64,000 nt of DNA, taken from IMG/VR virus record IMGVR_UViG_3300030330_001955, positions 38,911 to 102,910 of that record. The stretch is one strand, 5' to 3'. The position numbers were made by a program, and so were the translations under genes. Shown in pieces: positions 27,897 to 37,031 of this stretch. How positions within the stretch are numbered: position 1 is the stretch's first letter; every line of letters starts with the position of its first letter. Origin of the DNA: a virus (lineage: Duplodnaviria; Caudoviricetes). The notes under the pieces were generated by a model. It was not told where the DNA came from. It did no database searches and saw nothing but the letters and a program-made list of their open reading frames with translations.

Positions 27897-30446
27897 ATGG
27901 CGATATTTGTAAATGATGGCGGAACACTCCGCACCATCAGGTTTATAGCTGTAAACGACAATGGCACGATTCGTCGTGTCAATGAAGTTTATGTAAACGA
28001 CGGAGGGTCTCTAGAGGGCCCTTTTAGTGCTGTACACTCTACAACTCGCTCCACTAATACTCAAACTACTTTTGTATCGGGTACACAAGAAACTTCATTT
28101 GCTACAACTTGTACATTTGAAACAAACCGTGCCACTGATAGTATATTCTTAACAGTTAGAGCTACTACAACTGTCTTTGATACTACTAGAAGTACAACTA
28201 CTACATTTAATACAACCAGAAGTACAACTACAACGTTTAATACAACTACAAACTTTACAACTACAACTACTTTTAATACTACTAGAAGTACAACTACAAC
28301 GTTCAATACAACTACAAACTTTACAACTACAACCACATATAATACTACTAGAAGTACAACTACTGTATTTGATTCTACAACTACGTATACAACAACTACT
28401 ACCTTTGATACTACTCGAAGTACTACAACTGTATTTAATACGACTACGAACTTTACAACTACAACTACTTTTGAAACTACTAGAAGTACAACTACTGTAT
28501 TTAACACAACTACAAACTTTACTACAACGACTACGTATAACACGACGAGGTCAACTACTACTGCGTACGATACAACTACAACGTATACCACAGCTTACGA
28601 TACAACAATCGAGACAAGTAGAAACACAGGCTTTACTAATATAACTTCTGCAAGTACAAATACATCATTTAGTACTGATTACCAAACAGCGACAAGTAGA
28701 AATACAAATACATCATTCTCAACCACATATGGCTCTGGTACAACTAGAAATACGCAGAATATAGTATCAACAAGTTATGGCTCTAGCACAACTAGAAATA
28801 CAGGTAATATAGTATCAACAAGTTATGGGTCAGGTACAAGTAGGAACACAACTAATATAGTATCGACAGCTTATGGGTCAGGTACAACTAGAAATACAAA
28901 TACATCATTTAATACAAGTTTTACAAATAATACAAATACAAATACAAACACTTGTGCAATTGTGAGTACGAACACTACTACAGGTGGAACAAACAATACT
29001 AATACTTGTGCGATTGTATCAACAAATACAGGTACAGGTGCTACAAATAATACGAATACTTGTGCGATTGTAAGTACGAATACTGGTACAGGTGCTACAA
29101 ATAATACAAATACTTGTGCGATTGTATCAACAAATACTGCTCGTATTACTACATTCTTAGTTCAGTCTGGAGTAATAATCGAGCCAGAACTTGGAGCTAT
29201 ACCTCGTATGACTAATACGAGTATATCCACATCACTTGGTGCAAACAACACAAATACTTGTTTTATAGCAAGTACAAACACGACTACAGGTGGTACAAAT
29301 AATACGAATACTTGTTTTACAGTAAGTACAAACACTACTACGGGTGGTACAAATAATACAAATACTTCCTTCATAGCAAGTACAAATACTAATACAGGTG
29401 GAACAAACAATACTAATACTTCGTTTATAGTAGCTTCAGCATACGCTACAAATACTAGTAGAACAACTGATAATGTAATTGTATCTACTTCTTATAATAC
29501 AAGTACAAGTAGAAATACTAACACTTCTAACTCTACTGCATACGACACAAGTACAAGTAGAAATACTAACACTTCTAATTCTACTGCGTATGATACATCT
29601 ACAAGTAGAAATACAAATACTTCTAACTCTACTTCTTATAATACGAGTACAACTAGAATAACTGATAATGTAATTGTATCTACTACATATAACACAACTA
29701 CAAGTAGAAATACAACTGTATCAGCGATTACTTCTTTCAATACAAATACAACTAGGAGCACAAATTATGAAACTGCCTTTGAAACCTCACGATCAAGCAG
29801 TAGGGCTACAGGAACATCAAGAAGTACAACAACAACATTTGAGACAAATACAACTACAGCAAGTAGTAGAGCAACAGCTACAAGTAAATCGACTACTACT
29901 ACATTTGATACAAATACAACTACAGCAAGTAGTAGGGCAACATCAACTTCGAAGAATACAACAACAACTTACGCAACAACTCTAGGTACACTTACATCAA
30001 GAGCAACAGCAACCTCGAAGGATACAACTACTACATTTAATACAAATACAACTACAGCAAGTAGTAGAGCAACAGCGACTTCGAAGAATACTACTACTAC
30101 TTTTGAAACTAATACTTCAACTGCGAGCAGTAGGGCAACTGCAACAAGTAAAGCAACTACAAGTACATTTGAAACTGATAGGTCAACTACCACTACATTT
30201 GAAACTAGTAGTTCAACAGGTTCAGTATTTAACACTACAAGGTCTACGACCTCCACGTTTGATACTACAAGGGCAACAGATACAACAATTACAACTGATC
30301 ATCTGACAACTATTGCGACTGCAACAGGAACTCAGATTTTTGAAAGAATAACCGCCTCTCAGGCAGGAACTATATTTGATACAGAAGTAGCAAGTATAGA
30401 AGACTTTGGTGCTTCCTACTGGGACGGCTCACAATGGAGCGATTAG
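27897..30446 (+). CDS. Thr/Ser/Asn-rich mucin-like fibre protein with mirror-symmetric repeats
   Basis: 849 aa; repeat periods 10-22-16-18 | apex | 18-16-22-10; VNDGG-like x3 at the N-terminus; SD-like agga; synonymous variation among repeats supports coding. Confidence 0.8.
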   Translation: MAIFVNDGGTLRTIRFIAVNDNGTIRRVNEVYVNDGGSLEGPFSAVHSTTRSTNTQTTFVSGTQETSFATTCTFETNRATDSIFLTVRATTTVFDTTRSTTTTFNTTRSTTTTFNTTTNFTTTTTFNTTRSTTTTFNTTTNFTTTTTYNTTRSTTTVFDSTTTYTTTTTFDTTRSTTTVFNTTTNFTTTTTFETTRSTTTVFNTTTNFTTTTTYNTTRSTTTAYDTTTTYTTAYDTTIETSRNTGFTNITSASTNTSFSTDYQTATSRNTNTSFSTTYGSGTTRNTQNIVSTSYGSSTTRNTGNIVSTSYGSGTSRNTTNIVSTAYGSGTTRNTNTSFNTSFTNNTNTNTNTCAIVSTNTTTGGTNNTNTCAIVSTNTGTGATNNTNTCAIVSTNTGTGATNNTNTCAIVSTNTARITTFLVQSGVIIEPELGAIPRMTNTSISTSLGANNTNTCFIASTNTTTGGTNNTNTCFTVSTNTTTGGTNNTNTSFIASTNTNTGGTNNTNTSFIVASAYATNTSRTTDNVIVSTSYNTSTSRNTNTSNSTAYDTSTSRNTNTSNSTAYDTSTSRNTNTSNSTSYNTSTTRITDNVIVSTTYNTTTSRNTTVSAITSFNTNTTRSTNYETAFETSRSSSRATGTSRSTTTTFETNTTTASSRATATSKSTTTTFDTNTTTASSRATSTSKNTTTTYATTLGTLTSRATATSKDTTTTFNTNTTTASSRATATSKNTTTTFETNTSTASSRATATSKATTSTFETDRSTTTTFETSSSTGSVFNTTRSTTSTFDTTRATDTTITTDHLTTIATATGTQIFERITASQAGTIFDTEVASIEDFGASYWDGSQWSD
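28128..30275 (+). repeat. Nested coding tandem repeats (30, 66, 48, 54 bp units) in two mirrored arms
   Basis: Read from translation: TTRSTTTTFN; TTRSTTTVFNTTTNFTTTTTFE; TTRNTxNIVSTSYGSG; TNNTNTCAIVSTNTGTGA; counterparts in reverse order after the apex. Confidence 0.85.
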
Positions 30447-30629
30447 ATGGCACAAAAGCAATCAGCAGAACGAAAAACAAAGATTACACCAGAGTATGTA
30501 AATAATAAACTAGAACAAATATTATCTGCTTTATTTGATACTTTGGAAGAAAACGAAGATAGAATTAAACATATGGAAGCTCAAGTTCATAAACTTACAG
30601 CTGAGGTTAGAAATGGCAAAGCCGAATAA
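30447..30629 (+). CDS. Small coiled-coil protein (possible fibre chaperone)
   Basis: Abuts the fibre stop codon; heptad pattern. Confidence 0.55.
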   Translation: MAQKQSAERKTKITPEYVNNKLEQILSALFDTLEENEDRIKHMEAQVHKLTAEVRNGKAE

Positions 30630-31512
30630 TTTACAATCTCTTTCCATAAATGAAGAACTAGGAGACTTACCAACTCACTTCATGAAATCGGGCAGTACTA
30701 TGCCACCAAAAGAAAGATTGAATGAGTTATATGAGTTTCAACAAGAGGTAGTTCCAAAACAATATTGGGGACTAAATGTAGAGTATGACCTTTGGTATAA
30801 TACTAATGAACTCTCTACTGTTAGAACTTGGCTATATACTGATTTTTTAGGTAAAGGAATATTTTTTAGAGTAAACTCAGTAAAAATAAACGATAGACTA
30901 TTTAACAGAATAGCACAAGATGAATACTTAGAGATAGATGAAGATAGAATCTCTAAGATTGTAAAGAGTTTAGAAAACAAGTATACGCTTCAAAACTATA
31001 CAGGAGAGTACTATGAGAAAGTTGCATTTCCACCAGGAAGCAACTTACTTAATAAAGTAGTTAATTGGAAGACTTTAGACGGTCTGATAGAAGAGGGGTT
31101 TGTTATAAAACCTCACCCAATAACTGCTCATTTGTTTATAGCAAAAATGAGGCAACGATATGGAAAGCATAGAATATTAGGTAAAAAGTTAAGTGGCCAC
31201 GATATTCTCTGTAATGCAAAAGAGATAGGATTCTGCCCTAATAGTCAAATGGGTGTAGAAGCCATACTACTAGGAAAGAAGATAAGGTCTTTTGCAATAC
31301 CAAGAACTGCTAGAGAGAAAGCACACTTAACATATGAAGCTATTTACCAAGCAATAGCAGGTAGTGATACTACCCTTAGATTAAAAAGACTTTTATCAAG
31401 CAAATATTCAGGAATTATATTTGCATTTGACGAGGACAGGAAGGCAAGAACTGAAAATTATTTTAATAACTTTTGGGATTTTACACTTAGACCTTCAAAA
31501 TTAGAAACATGA
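30613..31512 (+). CDS. KpsC/KpsS-like GT-B glycosyltransferase (putative CMP-Kdo/ulosonate transferase)
   Basis: VIKPHP and NSQMGVEAILLGKKI match the KPHP and NSxxGxEAxxxGK signatures; likely start 30613 after SD gaggt. Confidence 0.65.
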   Translation: MAKPNNLQSLSINEELGDLPTHFMKSGSTMPPKERLNELYEFQQEVVPKQYWGLNVEYDLWYNTNELSTVRTWLYTDFLGKGIFFRVNSVKINDRLFNRIAQDEYLEIDEDRISKIVKSLENKYTLQNYTGEYYEKVAFPPGSNLLNKVVNWKTLDGLIEEGFVIKPHPITAHLFIAKMRQRYGKHRILGKKLSGHDILCNAKEIGFCPNSQMGVEAILLGKKIRSFAIPRTAREKAHLTYEAIYQAIAGSDTTLRLKRLLSSKYSGIIFAFDEDRKARTENYFNNFWDFTLRPSKLET

Positions 31513-32519
31513 TTGATATAATATTATTCGTAGAAAAAATAAATCTTGAATACACACTCGCGTCGTTAGTGAATAAGACGGGGAATTATCGTGTCCATTT
31601 ATTTTTCCGCCCTGAACTACTCGATGAGTACGAATCAGACGGCAGATTAAAATGGATTTTAAGTCAATTTAGAGAAGTATATATCTATCAAACGCCTTGG
31701 TCTTTTAGAAAAACTCCACATAGAATGGCTAGAATTTTATTACAGTTTAAAGAGCATTGGAAAGATAAGCAACCTAAAGGACTACCTATTGAAAGAGTCC
31801 TAATATCTGTTGCGGGTAGTAGACTATTCTTAGGAGACTTTGATAAAGATATTCCTAAGTTAAATCAAATGAATGGTAATACAGTTTACTTCAGTAGAAA
31901 GTTTAAGTATGAAAACCACCCCGCTTATAAAAACTACTATACTATGATAGGATTGCAGAATCCTCCTATCCCAGTAGAGAAAAGATATTTTAAAGATAAA
32001 AGAGACACAGAGTATCTATTTATAGACTGGACAAAATTTAAAGATTTAAATAATAATGTATTATTCTTCCCAAATGGTAAGGCAACTAGAACTGACCCAT
32101 CATTACGAGATGTTGATAATTACATAAATTCTGCAAAAACACATACTATGTATGACTACTTTATAAATGGAACTAATGGAGTAAAATCTGGTTTCATGCC
32201 ACTATATTTTAATATGGGTCTAGATAAACTCATTATTATGGAAGCAATAGGAGCAAAAGACTGCATCAATCATCAGATTGCAATGAGAAAAGCTTTCTCT
32301 ATAAATATAGATGGAGAGATTCTTTGGTCAGATTGGGAAGGAATGTCTACACTTCTTGGATTGTCTGTGCCATGGGACTTATGGGCTCAACAGTTAGATA
32401 ACATACCTCTTAACATGAGATGGCAAATATTCAATGAGAAAATTTTAATGAAAGCTGAGAAGCAAAAGAAACATGTACGTAAAGTAGTGGAAGCAGGGTA
32501 CTTGTTAGGTAAGATATAG
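31509..32519 (+). CDS. Hypothetical protein, possibly divergent GT-A (GT8-like) fold
   Basis: TLASL...YRVHLF and ERVLISVAGSRLFLGDF resemble GT8 core strands but DxD is missing; ATGA-coupled. Confidence 0.4.
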   Translation: MIDIILFVEKINLEYTLASLVNKTGNYRVHLFFRPELLDEYESDGRLKWILSQFREVYIYQTPWSFRKTPHRMARILLQFKEHWKDKQPKGLPIERVLISVAGSRLFLGDFDKDIPKLNQMNGNTVYFSRKFKYENHPAYKNYYTMIGLQNPPIPVEKRYFKDKRDTEYLFIDWTKFKDLNNNVLFFPNGKATRTDPSLRDVDNYINSAKTHTMYDYFINGTNGVKSGFMPLYFNMGLDKLIIMEAIGAKDCINHQIAMRKAFSINIDGEILWSDWEGMSTLLGLSVPWDLWAQQLDNIPLNMRWQIFNEKILMKAEKQKKHVRKVVEAGYLLGKI

Positions 32520-32650
32520 TAAGGAAATTTTCAAATGGTTACACCTGATGAAAAATTTGTTATTCAGCTCTGGCTGTTCTGCGTCAAAGAGTCAATCAAA
32601 AATTCTAAAATTTCAACACAGTTTTTCAAACTATTTCGTCGTAAAAAGAC

Positions 32651-33319
32651 TTAAAGGTTTAAGACTTCTTCTTTTAAATCCGACAGCATAACCCAATTTA
32701 TAATCCCGTTGCGGGACATTTCTAGTGCATACTCTCTTTCTTCGAGAGCATTATGCGGGATTTCATCAACTCTATTTTTAGGAAGGTGCCAGCTAAAAGG
32801 ATTTTGTGCACCTACTTTGAAGGGAGCTTGCTTTGCAAAGAAGTCAAATCCAATGATTGTTAGACTCTTCCAAACCCAAGCCTTTTTGATAAGCCAAAGA
32901 AGTACGATAAAACCATTGGAAGGTCTACCGAGTAGTGAGGCATCTTGGTAATTAAACTCTTCGTAGATTTCGAGGAGTTCTGCATCAGAAAACATTGTGC
33001 AATATGGAATATCTATATCCGCCACTCTTGGCTTAGTTAGATACATTCTTGTACGATTTAGTAAGATGGGCATGTTTCCCCATTCTTTTGGAAACTTTTT
33101 ATAGAACTCGTTTCGTAAAAATCCAGTTGCCCATATACTAAACTTATCACCAATACTATCATAGTATTTGCTTGTTGGCGCTCCTCTTCCCATACGAATT
33201 ACTATATCGTGTGAATCAATAAATGCGCCTTTCTTATAATTTAATAATTCCACAGAGTTACCTACTAGGCATACATTCTTATTTTCAAGAAGTTTACTTA
33301 TTCGTTCAAATTCGCTCAT
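32651..33319 (-). CDS. GT29 sialyltransferase-like protein
   Basis: Sialylmotif L (VCLVGNS..L....G..IDSHD.VIRM), S-like (PSNG...IIGFDFF) and VS (HNALEE). Confidence 0.8.
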   Translation of the reverse strand: MSEFERISKLLENKNVCLVGNSVELLNYKKGAFIDSHDIVIRMGRGAPTSKYYDSIGDKFSIWATGFLRNEFYKKFPKEWGNMPILLNRTRMYLTKPRVADIDIPYCTMFSDAELLEIYEEFNYQDASLLGRPSNGFIVLLWLIKKAWVWKSLTIIGFDFFAKQAPFKVGAQNPFSWHLPKNRVDEIPHNALEEREYALEMSRNGIINWVMLSDLKEEVLNL

Positions 33320-33482
33320 TTGCTTTTAGTAATACCTTTTTACAATGTGGACACTTGAGGTCTATATCTAAGAGTGCAGAAATAGCCTCATGTTTTTTAA
33401 AATCTACTTTTTCTTGTTTAGGTTGATTAAATACTTCTGAGGGTATTGGGAAACCTATATGTTTGTTTGTATTGCTCGCCAT
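33306..33482 (-). CDS. 58-aa hypothetical protein with CPHC (not in ORF track)
   Basis: MASNTNKHIGFPIP...LKCPHCKKVLLKANERI fills the gap between the two GT genes. Confidence 0.55.
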   Translation of the reverse strand: MASNTNKHIGFPIPSEVFNQPKQEKVDFKKHEAISALLDIDLKCPHCKKVLLKANERI

Positions 33483-34093
33483 TCTTCTGCATAGGGTTGT
33501 TCTTCATACCCTTCAAGCCACGGACCTCCGTCCGTAAAGTGAACTGCTTTGGGGTTGAAGATTGTGTAATAATTTATCATATTGTTGTAGGTCGCTGGAA
33601 TATTCCCTATACTATCTGTCCATGAGAAACCGTGCAACCACCCCGCTGGGGCTTGAGATACTTGCTCCGGGTCTAGTTTCTTACAGTTCTCATTATTAAA
33701 TAGCATGAGGGACGACCAATATTTAAAAGGATATGGACGGTTCACTTTGCCGTCCATTTTTATACTTTCCTTTGTTATAAGTTCGGGGTGCTTTACCACA
33801 GACACGCTGGGGCTTGAGTACTCCATTATTTCTGCAGGATTACATCTCCACATAAAATCTCCATCACAAAAAAGAGCATAGCCTTTATAGTCACAGAGAT
33901 AAGGCACGAGAAAACGAGTAAAGGCAAAGTCTGTAGCTTCACCTTGAAAAGGTCTCCAGTAATCTTTTGATTCTTGCAACTTCTTTTTATCGAGAGGTTG
34001 AATATCATGTTCATCTGTAAATCTAGTTATACTTGCTTTACAGACTTCATAAGATACTGGATACTTTTCTTCGTACCCAATGAATATTTTCAT
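33455..34093 (-). CDS. GT-A (GT8/CDI-like) glycosyltransferase
   Basis: IFIGY, TDFAFTRFLVPYL, FCDGD (DxD), WSSLMLFN, HFTDGGPW. Confidence 0.8.
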   Translation of the reverse strand: MKIFIGYEEKYPVSYEVCKASITRFTDEHDIQPLDKKKLQESKDYWRPFQGEATDFAFTRFLVPYLCDYKGYALFCDGDFMWRCNPAEIMEYSSPSVSVVKHPELITKESIKMDGKVNRPYPFKYWSSLMLFNNENCKKLDPEQVSQAPAGWLHGFSWTDSIGNIPATYNNMINYYTIFNPKAVHFTDGGPWLEGYEEQPYAEEWRAIQTNI

Positions 34094-34311
34094 TAGTCTT
34101 TGAACTCGTCTTCTGTTTTATTTAATTCTTCGCCTAGCTGATTGATGTATGCTTGTCTACCTGTACTGACTATTGCAACTAAATTATTCAGTCTAGCAAT
34201 TTCTTGGTCAGCTGCTTGAACATGACCTATTATATTCTTTTGATCGTCAGACAGATTTTCTAGTAAGTGTTCCACACCATCAATAGTGATGCTTTGTTTA
34301 ATTTCACTCAT
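34093..34311 (-). CDS. Small coiled-coil hypothetical protein
   Basis: ITIDGVE...LS..QK start; TAATG-coupled to the downstream GT gene. Confidence 0.6.
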   Translation of the reverse strand: MSEIKQSITIDGVEHLLENLSDDQKNIIGHVQAADQEIARLNNLVAIVSTGRQAYINQLGEELNKTEDEFKD

Positions 34312-35264
34312 TTAAATATATCCTGCCAATTTCCTTGTGTACTAGCCTTAGCATACTCGGTAGCACGGTTTTCAAAAAAGTTGGTATGCTCAACTGCATT
34401 TACTTGCATATCAATCCAAGGTAATGGGTTAACATCAGCATGGAATATATTTTTCATTCCTAAACCTAGAAGTCTTCTACCCGCAATATATCGGATATAC
34501 TCTTTTACTTCATCAGCTGTTAGGTCTGGTACGTTTACTTTATTGAAACAAACATCAATAAACTTATCTTCAAGTTCTACTGTTCGTTCTGCTGCACAAT
34601 ATATTTCATACTTTAATTTATCGTTCCATAACTCTGGATTCTCTTGCATAAAAGTTCTGAAAAGTTTGGATAACCCTTCTACATGGAGACTTTCATCTCT
34701 TATAGACCAGGTAACAATTTGTCCCATACCTTTCATAAGATTATGTCTAGGGTAATTAAGAAGTATAGCAAAACTACTAAATAGTTGTACTCCTTCTGTA
34801 AACCCACTATATACTGCCATAGTTTTAGCCATGTCATGTTTAGTTCGCATATTGAAATCTGTTAAGAAATCATGCTTATCTGACATTGCTTGTATATCAA
34901 AAAACTCTTGGTACATAGTATCATCTTTTCCAAGTGTTTCGAGAAGTAGAGAGTATGCCTCTTGATGGACTGCTTCCATCGCTGCAAATGCAACTAGCAT
35001 CATTCTTACTTCTGGTTGTTTGAATGTTGGTAGGTAGTGTTTAGCATACCCACAACAAACATCAACATCTGCTTGTGTAAAGAATCGAAAGATATTATCT
35101 ATTAACGTTCTTTCGTCTTCACTTAATTTTTCTCTATAATCTTTTATATCATCTTGGAGTGGTACTTCATCTGGCAACCAATGCATTTGTTGTTGCTTTT
35201 TGTAGTTTTCAAAAGCCCAAGGGTAAATAAAAGGTTTATAATATTCTCTTTCTTCTAATAACAT
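34308..35264 (-). CDS. nrdB: Ribonucleotide reductase class Ia beta subunit
   Basis: FFTQAD, EAVHQEAY (radical Tyr), EGVQLFSSF, RDESLH, NFFE. Confidence 0.96.
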   Translation of the reverse strand: MLLEEREYYKPFIYPWAFENYKKQQQMHWLPDEVPLQDDIKDYREKLSEDERTLIDNIFRFFTQADVDVCCGYAKHYLPTFKQPEVRMMLVAFAAMEAVHQEAYSLLLETLGKDDTMYQEFFDIQAMSDKHDFLTDFNMRTKHDMAKTMAVYSGFTEGVQLFSSFAILLNYPRHNLMKGMGQIVTWSIRDESLHVEGLSKLFRTFMQENPELWNDKLKYEIYCAAERTVELEDKFIDVCFNKVNVPDLTADEVKEYIRYIAGRRLLGLGMKNIFHADVNPLPWIDMQVNAVEHTNFFENRATEYAKASTQGNWQDIFK

Positions 35265-37031
35265 TTATCCCTCACATGCAAGACAATCTTGCTGTTCAAA
35301 AATGATTTCTCTTTTTGCTTGAGCGGAAACATCATCTGCCCTAGATATTGCCTCAGACCTCAGATAATATAATGTTTTAAGATTTCTTGCCCATGCTAAC
35401 ATATGTGCATTATGCAAGTCACCTTTATTTACATCAGGCGGGAAGAACAGATTTAATGACTGAGCCTGACAGATATACTCTTGTCGGACTGCTGCGTGTT
35501 CTATTAACCATGATTGATTAAGTTCTACTGCTGTCTTAAATACTGCTTTTTCCCATTCTGTTAAAAAATCCAAGTGTTGAACACTTCCTTTGTTTACAAC
35601 TATATTATTCCAAACTTCTGGAGTATTCTTTCCATACTTCTCTAGCACTTCTGCAAGATACTTATTCTTATTAAGATTAGACCCAGATTTAGTCTTCTGA
35701 GTATAAGCATTTGCACGGAACGGTTCAATACTTGGACTTGTGTTTCCACAAATAATACTAGAGGAAGCGTTAGGAGCTATTGCAAGTAGGTGGGCATTTC
35801 TTACTGTGCAACTGTCATCATCGGGACAAGCTCCTCTTTCAACTGCTAACTTCCTCGTAGTATCCATTGCTCGAGATTTTATATACTCGAACATCTCTAA
35901 ATTTGCTCCTGTTGCTGCTTGACTTTCAAACGGAATATTATTCCTTTGTAAGTAGGCGTGAAATCCCATTGCACCAAGTCCGATACTTCGTTCACGCTTA
36001 GCACTAAACTTGGCTTTCTTCAACTCTTTAGGAGCATTTTGTATAAAGGAGTCTAACACATTGTCTAACATTCTTACCAAGTCAGAGATGAATGCTGGGT
36101 GTTTCTTCCATTCGTCATAGTATTCTAAATTGACACTAGAAAGACAACACACAGCAGTCCTTTCATCATTGGTGGCGAGTGTAATCTCTGAACAAAGGTT
36201 ACTATGGTTTACCTTTAAACCTTTTGCTTTTTGAAAATCAGGCAATCCACCATCTACTGCATCTTCGAACATTACATAGGGCTCTCCAGTTTCCATACGA
36301 TTCTGAAGTATTTTTACCCAAAGCGCTCTAGCACTTACTGTTCGTTTGACCTGTCCTGTGTGAGGGTCGACAAGATCCCAGCTATCATCAAAGTCAGGAT
36401 ACTTTGTAGCGGAGTGGATTCGCTCCATAAAACTATCAGGAACCACCACACCGTGATGAAGATTGAGAGATTTACGATTCGTGTCACCACCGGTAGGTTT
36501 TCGAACATCTAAAAACTCCTCTATTTCAGGGTGGCTAATATGTAGATAAGCGGCATAACTACCCCTACGAGTTACACCTTGCGAGAATGCAAGCATTTCC
36601 GCATCTACGACTTTTATAAAAGGTATTACACCAGTAGACTCAGAGCCTTTTGATGTTCTAGTTCCTTGTGAACGAACATCACTCCAACCACCACCGATAC
36701 CACCACCAAAAGAACTCAAAAAAGCGTTCTCAACATAGTGTTCAGTAATACCTTCACGACTATCATCTATATAGTTTAGAAAACAACTAATAGGTAGTCC
36801 TCTTTTTGTACCGCCATTAGACAGCACGGGCGTAGCAAACATAAACCAATGTTTACTTACATAGTCATATAATCTTTGAGCGTGTGCTTCATCATCTGCA
36901 AAAGCTTCTGCAGCACGAGCGAACGCTTCTTGTGGTGAAGTTTCATCACCTACCATATATCTATCTTTCAGAGTTGCAATAGCAAACTCATCAAGTAGTT
37001 TATCTTTTGAAAAATCTATTTTAACTGACAT
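35265..37031 (-). CDS. nrdA: Ribonucleotide reductase class Ia alpha subunit (short, no ATP cone)
   Basis: ATPVLSN, PISCF, SNLCSEI, IAPNASSS, TLYY and C-terminal CxxC. Confidence 0.96.
   Translation of the reverse strand: MSVKIDFSKDKLLDEFAIATLKDRYMVGDETSPQEAFARAAEAFADDEAHAQRLYDYVSKHWFMFATPVLSNGGTKRGLPISCFLNYIDDSREGITEHYVENAFLSSFGGGIGGGWSDVRSQGTRTSKGSESTGVIPFIKVVDAEMLAFSQGVTRRGSYAAYLHISHPEIEEFLDVRKPTGGDTNRKSLNLHHGVVVPDSFMERIHSATKYPDFDDSWDLVDPHTGQVKRTVSARALWVKILQNRMETGEPYVMFEDAVDGGLPDFQKAKGLKVNHSNLCSEITLATNDERTAVCCLSSVNLEYYDEWKKHPAFISDLVRMLDNVLDSFIQNAPKELKKAKFSAKRERSIGLGAMGFHAYLQRNNIPFESQAATGANLEMFEYIKSRAMDTTRKLAVERGACPDDDSCTVRNAHLLAIAPNASSSIICGNTSPSIEPFRANAYTQKTKSGSNLNKNKYLAEVLEKYGKNTPEVWNNIVVNKGSVQHLDFLTEWEKAVFKTAVELNQSWLIEHAAVRQEYICQAQSLNLFFPPDVNKGDLHNAHMLAWARNLKTLYYLRSEAISRADDVSAQAKREIIFEQQDCLACEG

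Noticed and set aside
28128-30275. CRISPR array or DNA inverted repeat
   Set aside because: No constant repeat with unique spacers; units are multiples of 3 with synonymous variation. The symmetry is at protein block level and both arms are ACN-rich on the same strand.
28061-30306. Val-rich antisense and Leu/Gln-rich alternate-frame ORFs over the Thr-rich gene
   Set aside because: Shadows of ACN codon repeats; no RBS or independent features.
27897-30446. Ice-binding or ice-nucleation protein
   Set aside because: TxT ladders are present, but four different periods in mirrored order fit a hairpin better than a uniform solenoid. Not fully excluded.
15897-30446. Diversity-generating retroelement acting on Mtd-like fibres
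   Set aside because: No reverse transcriptase and no adenine-specific TR/VR pair seen.
32520-32650. Terminator, origin or att site at the convergent junction
   Set aside because: Only a weak AT-rich inverted repeat (AAATTTTCA...TGAAAAATTT); no integrase in the window.
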